Shown: piece by piece, positions 47,235 through 56,114 of the stretch
Layout: each line of letters starts with the position of its first letter
How positions within the stretch are numbered: the stretch's first letter is position 1
Source: an uncultured Rikenellaceae bacterium
GTDB lineage: Bacteria > Bacteroidota > Bacteroidia > Bacteroidales > VadinHA17
Reading direction: 5' to 3'
DNA length: 64,000 nucleotides
Assembly: GCA_964638545.1 (NCBI GenBank)
Contig: CAZXAM010000003.1
Location: 11,429-75,428, forward strand
Notes under the pieces: model-generated
What the model was told of the DNA's origin: nothing
What the model saw: only the letters and a program-made list of their open reading frames with translations
The model's database searches: none
Position numbers and translations under genes: made by a program

Positions 47235-47355
47235 AAACAAATCATGCTCCGTAAGGAGCATTTTTTGTTTTTAGAATGGAGCAGACCGTCAGGTCTGAAT
47301 CCGGTTAAAAAACAAAAATGGAAGCCCCGCTTTTTGCGGGGCGCATGATTTGTTT
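47235..47355. repeat. Nested inverted-repeat region downstream of tRNA-Arg
   Basis: The outer IR is AAACAAATCATGC (47235-47) / GCATGATTTGTTT (47343-55), 13/13. The inner IR is CATTTTTTGTTTTT / AAAAAACAAAAATG. The central hairpin is CAGACC-gtca-GGTCTG (47282-97), and GCCCCGC-ttttt-GCGGGGC lies at 47324-42. Confidence 0.5.
47244..47273 (+). terminator. Intrinsic terminator after tRNA-Arg
   Basis: ATGCTCC-gtaa-GGAGCAT followed by TTTTTTGTTTTT. Confidence 0.75.
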
Positions 47356-47460
47356 TGTTGTAGCCCCCCATCCGGTTCGTGAACGAAGTGAACAATCCCT
47401 TCGGAATCTCAAAATGTAAACTATGCAATTAAGCAACTGAATTTATATTAGATTTGGGAA

Positions 47461-47883
47461 ATGATGAACTCTATGCTCTCGTCGAGATTATTATTTTGTT
47501 CTCTCCTGCTGATAATTTGTGTCAATACTTCAGGGCAGGAGGCAGACACTGCTTTCTATAAAACTGAACTTGAAAGATTCAAAGCCAGGGAACAAAACGG
47601 AAAAGGACTGACTATTACCGGATTGGCAGAAGTAACGCTGGGATCCATTTTACTGGGTGTTGCTTCAGGCAGTGAAGAGACTGACAGCAAATTTCAAGAT
47701 GTAATTGGCTTGAGCGGTTTGTTCCTGGCTGGCTCCGGAATACTTTCCACACTCATTGGCGGAATCGACTGGTATACAGGCAAGAAGAAAGCATCAGAAT
47801 TTAAACTAAAACTCGATCGCAATACTTCAGGTGCCTGCATTTTGCCTGGCCGGGCAGAACTGAAATTAACATTTAACTTCTGA
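47461..47883 (+). CDS. Hypothetical exported/membrane protein
   Basis: 140 aa with a signal-like N-terminus (LLFCSLLLIICVNTSGQ) and two Gly-rich hydrophobic segments. No family recognised. Confidence 0.6.
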   Translation: MMNSMLSSRLLFCSLLLIICVNTSGQEADTAFYKTELERFKAREQNGKGLTITGLAEVTLGSILLGVASGSEETDSKFQDVIGLSGLFLAGSGILSTLIGGIDWYTGKKKASEFKLKLDRNTSGACILPGRAELKLTFNF

Positions 47884-48174
47884 ACGGCTGCAGGTGTAAT
47901 AATTTATCGCCGATATACCTTTTCTTATCAACAGATTCCTTCACTCCATCAAAATCACCTTTGAAAAGGATTTACTTTGCGTTAACTTTCAGTTAGTTTT
48001 TAACCAAAGGCTTCTGTTTTTTGCCATTTTAATACTATTAGAACTCCAAACCTTGCTACCGGGAGAATGCCCGGAATCTCAGAACGAGTAGGTTAAGCTC
48101 ATCCGAAAAGCCTGTATGCCTCATAGAATACGGGCTTTTCTTTTTCCTGGTTCTTCAAGTGGGCTGTCAGGAAT

Positions 48175-48212
48175 AATGAAAAAAGTCCTGCCGGGAATTT
48201 CCGGCAGGACTT
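48175..48212 (-). terminator. Intrinsic terminator after the lipoprotein gene
   Basis: AAGTCCTGCCGG/CCGGCAGGACTT forms a 12-bp stem, followed on the minus strand by TTTTTTCATT. Confidence 0.7.
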
Positions 48213-48243
48213 CAGATAATCTATTTTAAGGGTCCTGATATCT

Positions 48244-48564
48244 CTAACAGAGTCCGTCAAGATCATTCTCCGCTTCAGTAATAGCATCTTCCAGCTCTGT
48301 TTTCTGCACAGAGGACCATAAAGAGCAATCAAGAAATTTTTCAAGTGCGTTTAGATAATTCTGGTAAGCTGCCTTATATGCATTGCATGTTGTGGTATTC
48401 TGAGCAGCTGAGTAGGCCGCTGCAGCATTCGAGACAGCATTCAGTTCTGTTGTAATCTGTGTTGCCCACGCAGTCCCGCAGAAAGCCGGATCGCCAGCAT
48501 CTTTCTTACAGGCATCAAGTCCCAGGAATGAGACGATTATCAAAAAACAAAGAATTTTTTTCAT
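48244..48564 (-). CDS. Hypothetical Cys-rich lipoprotein
   Basis: Start set at ATG 48564 (MKKILCFLIIVSFLGLDACKKD, with a lipobox). 106 aa, with six cysteines in the mature part. No family recognised. Confidence 0.7.
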   Translation of the reverse strand: MKKILCFLIIVSFLGLDACKKDAGDPAFCGTAWATQITTELNAVSNAAAAYSAAQNTTTCNAYKAAYQNYLNALEKFLDCSLWSSVQKTELEDAITEAENDLDGLC

Positions 48565-48661
48565 TGTATCTGGTTTAAGGTTAGATAAAAAACACTTATT
48601 CAAATATAATAAAAAATCTGATTCTGCAGAAAATCAAACAGCTTTTAGTTATGAAGTCAAA

Positions 48662-48686
48662 GATTCTTCACTTCGTTCATAATGAC
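48662..48686. repeat. Dispersed-repeat family member
   Basis: GATTCTTCACTTCGTTCATAATGAC. Its reverse complement contains GAACGAAGTGAAGAATC, which matches GAACGAAGTGAACAATC at 47381-97 (16/17). Confidence 0.5.
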
Positions 48687-48775
48687 AGTTAATTAGAAAA
48701 CCCCACTATATGAAATAAAGTGAGGTAAAGCCCATATGTTATTGCATGAGCCTTCCTATCAATGAACCCGGGAGA

Positions 48776-48946
48776 TTATTTTTCCTTTTCAGCGTCTCTC
48801 AGAATCCGGCGTGCGATAGCTTCATTATCTTCCTTTGCCTGCTGATCCCTCGAAATAGAATAATTTTCCCTGCGTTTATCTGCAGCTTTTAAGTCCTCCT
48901 CTTTCGGATCAGGGAAATGAACCGGTATTAATGTTTCATTTTTCAT
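48776..48946 (-). CDS. Hypothetical small charged protein
   Basis: 56 aa from ATG 48946 (MKNETLIPVHFPDPKEEDLKAADKRRENY...). The track version uses an upstream TTG. No family recognised, and coding status is uncertain. Confidence 0.4.
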   Translation of the reverse strand: MKNETLIPVHFPDPKEEDLKAADKRRENYSISRDQQAKEDNEAIARRILRDAEKEK

Positions 48947-49116
48947 AATGCAAAGATACTCATTAATAGACTCAGTGTTACAAGCACAGTTCCATTCTGC
49001 CCTCAATATACTTCTTTTTAATCCTGATGCTGCCCTCCTTTTGACGGATTACGGCAAGATATCAGGCAATTATAGAGTTAAAGTCATTATATTTAAACCT
49101 TAGAACGTGACAGACT

Positions 49117-50232
49117 GTGGCAAAATGCCTGCATATTGTTGCACTCAACATCCCCTTCCCCCCGGATTTCGGCGGGATGATCGATTCATTCCACCGAATC
49201 AGGTCGCTAAATGAAGCAGGTGCCGAAATTAATCTCCATTGCTTTGAGTATGGAAGAAAGCATTCTTCCGAACTCGAAAAGTTGTGTAAATCGGTCAATT
49301 ATTACCAGCGTGACACTACGTTCTTCAGACATTTATCCCTGAAGCCATATACGGTTGTCTCCCGGAATTCTGAAAAGCTTCTCGAGAATCTTTCCGGGGA
49401 TAATTATCCAATACTTTTTGACGGGCTTCATACAACTTTCTGGATGTGCCATCCAGCCCTCTCGGGAAAACGGAAATATGTGAGAGTTCATAACATTGAG
49501 CATTTATATTACGAAACACTCTCCAGGTTTGAAAGGAATCCTGCCCTGAAACTCTTTTACAATATTGAATCATTCAAGCTTAGGCACTATGAAAAGGCAC
49601 TTAAGGAGGCTGATGCCCTGATTACAATTTTAGGCGCCGATCAGGAATACTTTGAAAGAAGGTTCAGCAATTCTGAACTGATCCCGGCATTCCATCCTTT
49701 CGACAAAGTCGACAGCCAGGAAGGAACCGGTGACTATATTATTTTCCACGGTGATCTTTCCGTTAGTGAGAATATTTTTGTTGCCGAATACCTGATCGCG
49801 AAGATATTTTCTGCGCTTCCTTACAAATGTGTAATTGCAGGAAAAAATCCTCCTGCCCGCCTGGGAAAAATGGCTTCTGATTTTAAGAATATCAGTATTG
49901 TACCAAATCCCGATAATCTTCAGATGTCCGAGCTTATCAGGAATGCCCAGATTAACCTGTTATTCTCAATGGCTTCAAACGGAATGAAAGTAAAGCTGCT
50001 GGTCGCACTGTTCTCAGGCAGGCATTGCGTTGCAAATTCAAATATCCTTAAGGGAACTTTGCTTAGCCGTGCATGCCATACTGAAGATTCAGCAGACGGA
50101 ATAATACAAAAGACAAAAGAGCTGATGAGAATTCCTTTCACAACCAAGATGATAAATGACCGTGAAAATATTCTGGAGTTATATTCAAACAAGTTCAGTG
50201 CCGGAAGGATGCTGAGTATTATTTTTCCTTAA
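49117..50232 (+). CDS. Glycosyltransferase (GT-B, GT1/GT4-like)
   Basis: 371 aa with GTG start. The N-terminus LHIVALNIPFPPDFGGMIDSFHRIRSL is typical of a Bacteroidota GT1-family group. It is a stand-alone gene. Confidence 0.75.
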   Translation: MAKCLHIVALNIPFPPDFGGMIDSFHRIRSLNEAGAEINLHCFEYGRKHSSELEKLCKSVNYYQRDTTFFRHLSLKPYTVVSRNSEKLLENLSGDNYPILFDGLHTTFWMCHPALSGKRKYVRVHNIEHLYYETLSRFERNPALKLFYNIESFKLRHYEKALKEADALITILGADQEYFERRFSNSELIPAFHPFDKVDSQEGTGDYIIFHGDLSVSENIFVAEYLIAKIFSALPYKCVIAGKNPPARLGKMASDFKNISIVPNPDNLQMSELIRNAQINLLFSMASNGMKVKLLVALFSGRHCVANSNILKGTLLSRACHTEDSADGIIQKTKELMRIPFTTKMINDRENILELYSNKFSAGRMLSIIFP

Positions 50233-50245
50233 ATGAAAAGATTCA

Positions 50246-50344
50246 TCAAACGGCATCGGCCGTAACCATATTCCGTCTTGGAAGCAGGGAGACTACAAGG
50301 GTCCCTATAAGACCTAGTCCTATCAACAGGATAAAGCCCGTCAT
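50246..50344 (-). CDS. Possible 32-aa hydrophobic peptide
   Basis: MTGFILLIGLGLIGTLVVSLLPRRNMVTADAV has one TM helix followed by RR. It starts 27 nt downstream of the M28 peptidase stop on the same strand. It is below the track cutoff and has no further support. Confidence 0.25.
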   Translation of the reverse strand: MTGFILLIGLGLIGTLVVSLLPRRNMVTADAV

Positions 50345-50370
50345 ATAGGAACCAGGCTTTTCGAATTAAT

Positions 50371-51381
50371 TTATTTTGCAGGTCTGGTAAATTTCGGATT
50401 GGTCCATTTAATCTCTTTATCCGTGTTGGCGAGCCAGATTACCATGCTTCCGAAAAAATTCACAAGGTCGGCCATATTTTCGTAATCAAAGAGTTCTGTT
50501 TCGTCATCTACACTGTGAAGATAAGGACCAGATGTCGAGGTGGCAAATGTCCCGCTGGGAATGCCTATGGACTTGCCTTCTGCAGTTGAAATTCTTGAAA
50601 AAGAGATATTGTCTGATGAATAGAATAGCTGCTCAGCATCAGGAACAGTATCAATGAGCAGAACATCAGAGTTCGCGTTAAACTCTTTTATCAGGTCATC
50701 AATGTTTGAATTCTGGCATCCTGTCATGTAATACCTTTTTTTGCCCAGGTAATCAGAATGCCCGATCATCTCAAAGTTAAGGTCAGCAACGATGTTTGCA
50801 GGAAGCACGGGAGCAACCGAAATAAAATGTCTTGAGCCTCTCATTCCGCCCTCCTCACCACTAAAAGCTGTAAAAAGTATTGATCGTTCAGGATTTATCC
50901 CCGAATTCAAAATATATTTTGCCAATCCTATCAATGTGCACGTACCGGAAGCGTTGTCGTCAGCACCGTTACAAATTGAATCCTGAACATTTCCCTTTCT
51001 GATCCCGATATGATCAAAATGAGCGCTGACTACAATATACTGGTTACACCTGACCGGATCAGAACCCTGAATGATTCCTATCACATTCCGCTCAGATATC
51101 GATCCCTTACGGGTGGATACACTATATTCCTGAAAGAGATTTTCTTTTCCTCCGATGCTTTTAAGTCCATACTCTCTGAATTTGCCTTCAATCCACTGTG
51201 CTGCCTCCTTCATTTCAGGCGAACCATTCCTTCGTCCAAGCATCTCATCTGAAGCAAGATATGATACCCATTCCCTGAGCTCACCGGCGGTAACAATGTT
51301 CTTTTTACCGATTCTTTCCTGATTGGAGCCTGATATAAAACCAGCTAGCAGAATTAAATACAAAACAGGTATTATGTTCAT
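50371..51381 (-). CDS. M28-family aminopeptidase
   Basis: NVIGIIQGSD, VVSAHFDHIG, GADDNASGTCTLIGLAKY and FSGEEGGMRGS motifs are present. Start set at ATG 51381. Confidence 0.9.
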   Translation of the reverse strand: MNIIPVLYLILLAGFISGSNQERIGKKNIVTAGELREWVSYLASDEMLGRRNGSPEMKEAAQWIEGKFREYGLKSIGGKENLFQEYSVSTRKGSISERNVIGIIQGSDPVRCNQYIVVSAHFDHIGIRKGNVQDSICNGADDNASGTCTLIGLAKYILNSGINPERSILFTAFSGEEGGMRGSRHFISVAPVLPANIVADLNFEMIGHSDYLGKKRYYMTGCQNSNIDDLIKEFNANSDVLLIDTVPDAEQLFYSSDNISFSRISTAEGKSIGIPSGTFATSTSGPYLHSVDDETELFDYENMADLVNFFGSMVIWLANTDKEIKWTNPKFTRPAK

Positions 51382-51517
51382 AAACAATATGTTATGTATT
51401 AAAGTGATAACACTGAATTGAACCTGATATTATAACAATTTATCGACCCGGTGAAATGGTCATAAATATAATATCTTTAAAGTTTATAAATTGCAGGTTA
51501 ATAAATAAAACAGGATC

Positions 51518-52885
51518 ATGTCAAACCTGAATAAATCCGGCGCCGGAAGGAAGATTTTATTCGGAGCTTTAATCTTTCTCCTGCTTATTATAACATCTGC
51601 AGCAGTATACCTGAGCACCCTGCTGCCTATTATAACAGGCTATTCGGCGAAGAATATGGGATCAGCGGTGTTTGTTTCCGGAAGAGCTCCGGCTGAAGTA
51701 GATGCTACGGACCTTAATTTTTCCTTCATTAAATTTGCCAGGGATAAAGTAGATTACACCGACAGCAGTGTGACCAGCAGCTTTCTATGGGGCAGGTCGA
51801 GGTCGATAAACCGTGAAGATTTCGGGGTTACTCTTGTCAGAAAGGCAAAGGAGAGTGTGATCAGGGAAGTTGATTTTCCATCGATAACTGCTCCGGGCTA
51901 CTCCAGGGATACCATCTTGTGGCCATTGGGAGATATAATACCTGATACGCTCACCGGCATAAACAGAGAAATGCTCAACAGAATTTCAGGAAAACTCATC
52001 GCTGAGAACGGGTACGGAGGAAATCCGTTTGCATTTATGGTTCTCCATAAAGGGATACCTGTTGCAGAAGCATATAAGCCGCAGTGCACAAAAGAGACAC
52101 GATTCCTGAGCTGGTCGATGGCAAAGAGCTTTTTGAACGGTATGATTGGAGTTTTGGTTAAAGAAGGAGAATTGAATATTAATGACCCGACAGGACTTGA
52201 AGCCTGGCAGGAAGATGACAGACGAAACATTACCCTCAACGATCTCATGCGAATGCAGAGCGGACTTGAATGGAACGAAGATTACGGGAACAGGTCTGAT
52301 GTTACCGTAATGCTCCATTGCAAAAAAGACATGGCAGAGTTTTCATATAATTTTCCTCTGGAATACCCTGTCGGTACCAATTTTAAATATTCCGGCGGAA
52401 CTGCAAATATTATCAGCTACCTGATCCGCAGACATTTTGACAATGATGACGAGTACTACGCATTTCCTTACGAAAAGCTATTTTATAAAATAGGCATCAC
52501 AGATGCTGTTTTTGAAACGGATCCTTCCGGGACCTATGTAGTCTCCTCATATCTTTATGCCACGGCAAGAGACTACGCACGCTTCGCCCTTCTGTACCAG
52601 CAGGATGGCGTTTTCAACGGGGAACGCATTCTGCCTGAAGGGTGGGTAAAATACACCCGCGAGCCGGTGCCTTCAAGCAACGGTCAATATGGCTCGCTTT
52701 TCTGGCTCCACGGAGAAGGAGAAGTGCCATCCGCACCGGAAGATATTTTCATATGCCAGGGACACGACGGGCAGAGAATCTTTATAATGCCTGCCCAGGA
52801 GTTGATTGTGGTCGTCCTTGGGTATTCACCGAAAGGGACTCTGGATTTTAACGGACTCATAAAAGATATTCTCGGAACAATATAG
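51518..52885 (+). CDS. Serine hydrolase (beta-lactamase / PBP4*-like family)
   Basis: 455 aa with an N-terminal TM anchor. An SxxK motif (SWSMAKSF), a YSGG region and a later HDGQ are present. Confidence 0.85.
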   Translation: MSNLNKSGAGRKILFGALIFLLLIITSAAVYLSTLLPIITGYSAKNMGSAVFVSGRAPAEVDATDLNFSFIKFARDKVDYTDSSVTSSFLWGRSRSINREDFGVTLVRKAKESVIREVDFPSITAPGYSRDTILWPLGDIIPDTLTGINREMLNRISGKLIAENGYGGNPFAFMVLHKGIPVAEAYKPQCTKETRFLSWSMAKSFLNGMIGVLVKEGELNINDPTGLEAWQEDDRRNITLNDLMRMQSGLEWNEDYGNRSDVTVMLHCKKDMAEFSYNFPLEYPVGTNFKYSGGTANIISYLIRRHFDNDDEYYAFPYEKLFYKIGITDAVFETDPSGTYVVSSYLYATARDYARFALLYQQDGVFNGERILPEGWVKYTREPVPSSNGQYGSLFWLHGEGEVPSAPEDIFICQGHDGQRIFIMPAQELIVVVLGYSPKGTLDFNGLIKDILGTI

Positions 52886-52895
52886 AATTTTTGCA

Positions 52896-53507
52896 ATGGA
52901 AGAAAGAGTAAGAAAAATCTTTGAGGCTGAAGCTGCTGCAATAAAGAATATTCCTGTAACAGGTTACTTTGAGAAGGCAATTGAGATAATTTTTAAAAAC
53001 GTCCATGGGAAAAAAGGAAAACTGGTAACCTCGGGAATGGGTAAAGCCGGTGAGATTGCAAATAATATCGCAACAACATTCAGCTCTACCGGAACGCCCT
53101 CAGTTTTTCTTCATCCCAGTGAGGCGCAGCATGGCGATCTTGGAATACTTCAGGAGAATGACGTCCTGCTGGCAGTATCAAATTCCGGAAAAACAAGGGA
53201 GATCGTTGAGCTTATAGACCTGAAAGACAATTTATACCCTGAAGTTCCTGTGATTGTCATTACAAGCAACCCTGAAAGCCAGCTTGCAAAAAAAGCAGAT
53301 TGCTATATTCTGACCGGGGCTCCTGATGAAGTTTGTCCGCTCGGACTGACGCCTACGACTTCTACAACCGTATTTACTGCAATCGGCGATGCTCTGGTCG
53401 TCCTGATGATGGAGAGAATAGGTTTCACAGCTGCCGATTATGCAAAAAGGCACCATGGAGGATACCTGGGAGCAAAATCGAGAGAAAAGTCAGGACTGCA
53501 TGAATAG
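52896..53507 (+). CDS. SIS-domain sugar-phosphate isomerase (KpsF/GutQ-like, no CBS pair)
   Basis: GKLVTSGMGKAGEIANNIATTFSSTGTPSVFLHPSEAQHGDLG matches the KpsF/GutQ SIS core. At only 203 aa it lacks the CBS domains. Confidence 0.85.
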   Translation: MEERVRKIFEAEAAAIKNIPVTGYFEKAIEIIFKNVHGKKGKLVTSGMGKAGEIANNIATTFSSTGTPSVFLHPSEAQHGDLGILQENDVLLAVSNSGKTREIVELIDLKDNLYPEVPVIVITSNPESQLAKKADCYILTGAPDEVCPLGLTPTTSTTVFTAIGDALVVLMMERIGFTAADYAKRHHGGYLGAKSREKSGLHE

Positions 53508-53536
53508 TTTGATATCAGGAAATTCCTGGAGGCGAA

Positions 53537-53589
53537 GACAAAAGACAAAAGACAAAAGACAAAAGAAACAAGATACAAGAAACAAGATT
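53537..53589. repeat. Tandem heptamer array (GACAAAA-type, about 7.5 units) abutting a start codon
   Basis: GACAAAA x4, GAAACAA, GATACAA, GAAACAA, GATT then ATG. It is preceded by the small hairpin TCAGGA-aat-TCCTGG (53514-30). Confidence 0.7.
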
Positions 53590-54948
53590 ATGATGAACAG
53601 CAAGAAATCAGACGATATTAGCAGGAAAGACTACATCTTTTCTATTTCAATAATAGGCTTGTTCTTTTTCATTTTCGGATTTGTAACCTGGCTGAACGGC
53701 ATCCTGATTCCATTTCTCAGGACAGCTTGTGAGCTCAATGATTTTCAGGCATACTTTGTAGCCACGGCGTTTTACATAGCATACTTTGTGATGGCACTCC
53801 CGATGACTCCGATTTTAAAAAAGACCGGCTTCAAGAGAGGGATGTCTGTCGGTTTATGGATAATGGCAGCCGGCTGCCTGGTTTTTATACCTGCAGCATT
53901 AACAAGAACATTCGGACTCTTCCTGACGGGCCTCTTCATCATGGGGACAGGTCTGACATTGCTTCAAACAGCTTCCAATCCATATATTACAATAATCGGC
54001 CCCAGAGAAAGCGCTGCAAAAAGGATCAGCATTATGGGAATCGCCAACAAGTTTGCCGGAGTCATTGCGCCAATCATACTTGCAAGCATAATCATGAAGG
54101 ATTCTCATATTCTTGAGGAAAAACTTGCTCAGGCTGCCGATGCAGTTACCCGTGCCTCTCTGCTTGATGAAATGGCTCAAAGAGTAATAATGCCATACAT
54201 TGTGATGTCGATTGTCCTGGTTCTTCTTGGTCTGCTCCTGATGTTCGTCCATCTTCCTGATGTAGACACAGAAGCAGAGGATGAGGCTGTCGTGGAAGCT
54301 AATGTTAAAAAGACCAGCATATGGCAATTCCCTCATCTGATACTAGGAGTTGTTGCGCTGTTCTTCTATGTTGGGGTAGAGGTGATTGCCGGAGATACAA
54401 TTATAAGGTACGGACAATCGCTGAATATTCCAATGGAATCGGCCAAATACTATACTTCACTCACGATGCTGAGCATGATCCTGGGATACCTGATGGGAAT
54501 ACTTCTTATTCCGAAATACCTGAAGCAGGTTGACGCTCTCAAGATCTGTGCTATACTGGGCGTTATATTAACATTTGGGGCAGTGCTTATTCCCGCAGCC
54601 AGCAGCTTTACCATACCTTTCATCGATCTTGTAACCTTCAAACCTCTTCACCTTATTATTCCGGTCACAGTATTGTTTGTAGCGCTTCTTGGCTTTGCCA
54701 ATGCCCTTGTCTGGCCGGCAATATGGCCGCTTGCCTTAAACGGTGTCGGAAGATTCACGAAAACTGCCTCAGCAATGCTTATAATGGCAATTGCCGGAGG
54801 AGCCATACTTCCACTTGTTTATGGAAAACTGGCAATAAGCTTCTCGACTCAGGCTGCATACTGGTTATGCATTCCCTGTTATCTTGCGATAATGTATTAT
54901 GCTTTCTTTGGGCATAAGGCTGGTTTGAAGAATGGATCACAATCTTAA
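53590..54948 (+). CDS. Sugar MFS transporter (FucP / glucose-galactose transporter family)
   Basis: Start set at ATG 53590 (MMNSKKSDDISRKDYIFSISIIGLFFFIFGFVTWLNG). It has 12 TM helices and a FucP-like N-terminal motif. Confidence 0.9.
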   Translation: MMNSKKSDDISRKDYIFSISIIGLFFFIFGFVTWLNGILIPFLRTACELNDFQAYFVATAFYIAYFVMALPMTPILKKTGFKRGMSVGLWIMAAGCLVFIPAALTRTFGLFLTGLFIMGTGLTLLQTASNPYITIIGPRESAAKRISIMGIANKFAGVIAPIILASIIMKDSHILEEKLAQAADAVTRASLLDEMAQRVIMPYIVMSIVLVLLGLLLMFVHLPDVDTEAEDEAVVEANVKKTSIWQFPHLILGVVALFFYVGVEVIAGDTIIRYGQSLNIPMESAKYYTSLTMLSMILGYLMGILLIPKYLKQVDALKICAILGVILTFGAVLIPAASSFTIPFIDLVTFKPLHLIIPVTVLFVALLGFANALVWPAIWPLALNGVGRFTKTASAMLIMAIAGGAILPLVYGKLAISFSTQAAYWLCIPCYLAIMYYAFFGHKAGLKNGSQS

Positions 54949-56026
54949 AGAGATTTTCGATTCCTTCAAAACTGAAGGAACGTGGCTTAAGGCGGAGCCA
55001 TTCGGCAGCGGTCATATTCATGAGACTTTTCTGGTCAGGACCTCTGAACCGGAAATGGATGATTATATCCTCCAGAAAATTAATACCGTTGTATTCCTCA
55101 ATATTCCACAACTTCAGGAGAATATTGAACGTGTGACAGTACATCTGCGCAAGAAACTATCAGGGATACCAGGTTCAGACCTAAAGAGAGAGTGCCTTCA
55201 GATGATAATGTGCAAGGATGGGAAAAGCTGGCATACTGATGCCAAAGGCAATTTCTGGAGAGTCTTTGTTTTTATATCCAATCACCGTTCGTACGACATT
55301 GTTGACTCTCCGGGAAAGGCTTTCGAAGGAGGCAGGGCAATAGGCAGGTTTCAGGCGCTTCTCACAGATCTGGGGGGCAGATCCCTTCATGAAACCATCC
55401 CTTCATTCCATGATGTTGAAAAACGGATTGCAGGCTTCATAAAAACACTGAAGCGTGATACTGCAGGAAGATCCTCCGTGTCAACCCGGGAAACAGAATT
55501 TATCTTATCGAGGACGGAAGAAATGAAGATAATCCAGAAGCTTGGAAGGGAGGATAAAATACCTGTCAGGATAACACATAATGATACCAAGTTCAACAAC
55601 ATACTATTCGATGAGAACGGCAAATCACTCTGCATAATCGATCTTGACACCGTGATGCCCGGATATTTCCATTCCGACTTTGGCGATGCAATAAGGACCG
55701 GGGCAAATGTTGCCGCAGAGGATGAAGAGGATCTTTCAAGAATTCATATGGATATGGATCTGTTCGCTGCATATGCAGAAGGATACCTTCAGGAGACAAG
55801 GGGAACACTTAATGCTGTAGAGAAAGAATATCTGGCATTTGCTCCCCTGGTGCTGACCTACGAGCAGGCACTGCGTTTCCTGAATGATTATCTGGACGGA
55901 GATATTTATTATAAAATACACCATGAGAATCATAATCTTCAGAGGGCAAGGGCGCAAATAAGGCTGCTTGAAAGTATGGAAGGACAGTACAGGAAGATGC
56001 AGGACATAATAATGAAGCTGGTGTAA
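54932..56026 (+). CDS. Aminoglycoside-phosphotransferase-fold sugar kinase (N-acetylhexosamine 1-kinase NahK / AmgK-like)
   Basis: AEPFGSGHIHETFLV...YILQKINTVVF resembles the NahK N-terminus. The catalytic region is ITHNDTKFNNILFD...IIDLDT. It overlaps the transporter gene by 17 nt. Confidence 0.8.
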   Translation: MDHNLKEIFDSFKTEGTWLKAEPFGSGHIHETFLVRTSEPEMDDYILQKINTVVFLNIPQLQENIERVTVHLRKKLSGIPGSDLKRECLQMIMCKDGKSWHTDAKGNFWRVFVFISNHRSYDIVDSPGKAFEGGRAIGRFQALLTDLGGRSLHETIPSFHDVEKRIAGFIKTLKRDTAGRSSVSTRETEFILSRTEEMKIIQKLGREDKIPVRITHNDTKFNNILFDENGKSLCIIDLDTVMPGYFHSDFGDAIRTGANVAAEDEEDLSRIHMDMDLFAAYAEGYLQETRGTLNAVEKEYLAFAPLVLTYEQALRFLNDYLDGDIYYKIHHENHNLQRARAQIRLLESMEGQYRKMQDIIMKLV

Positions 56027-56058
56027 TGGTTGAGGAGGGGTTTGGGGTGGGTTTTAAA

Positions 56059-56090
56059 GATTGCTTCGTCACTGCGTTCCTCGCAATGAC
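56059..56090. repeat. Dispersed-repeat family member
   Basis: GATTGCTTCGTCACTGCGTTCCTCGCAATGAC. The reverse complement is GTCATTGCGAGGAACGCAGTGACGAAGCAATC. The terminal ATTGC/GCAAT can pair. Confidence 0.55.
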
Positions 56091-56114
56091 GGATTATATT
56101 AATATATTTACTTT

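Noticed and set aside
48105-48140. Hairpin GAAAAGCC...GGCTTTTC followed by TTTTT as a terminator for the 47461..47883 gene
   Set aside because: The stem is 8 bp with a 20-nt loop and lies 220 nt downstream of the stop codon. This is too weak and too distant to call with confidence.
53440-53589. N-terminal extension of the MFS transporter ORF (53440..54948) encoding RRRQKTKDKRQKKQDTRNK
   Set aside because: It is a translation of the heptamer tandem array and overlaps the end of the SIS gene. The transporter-like sequence begins at ATG 53590.
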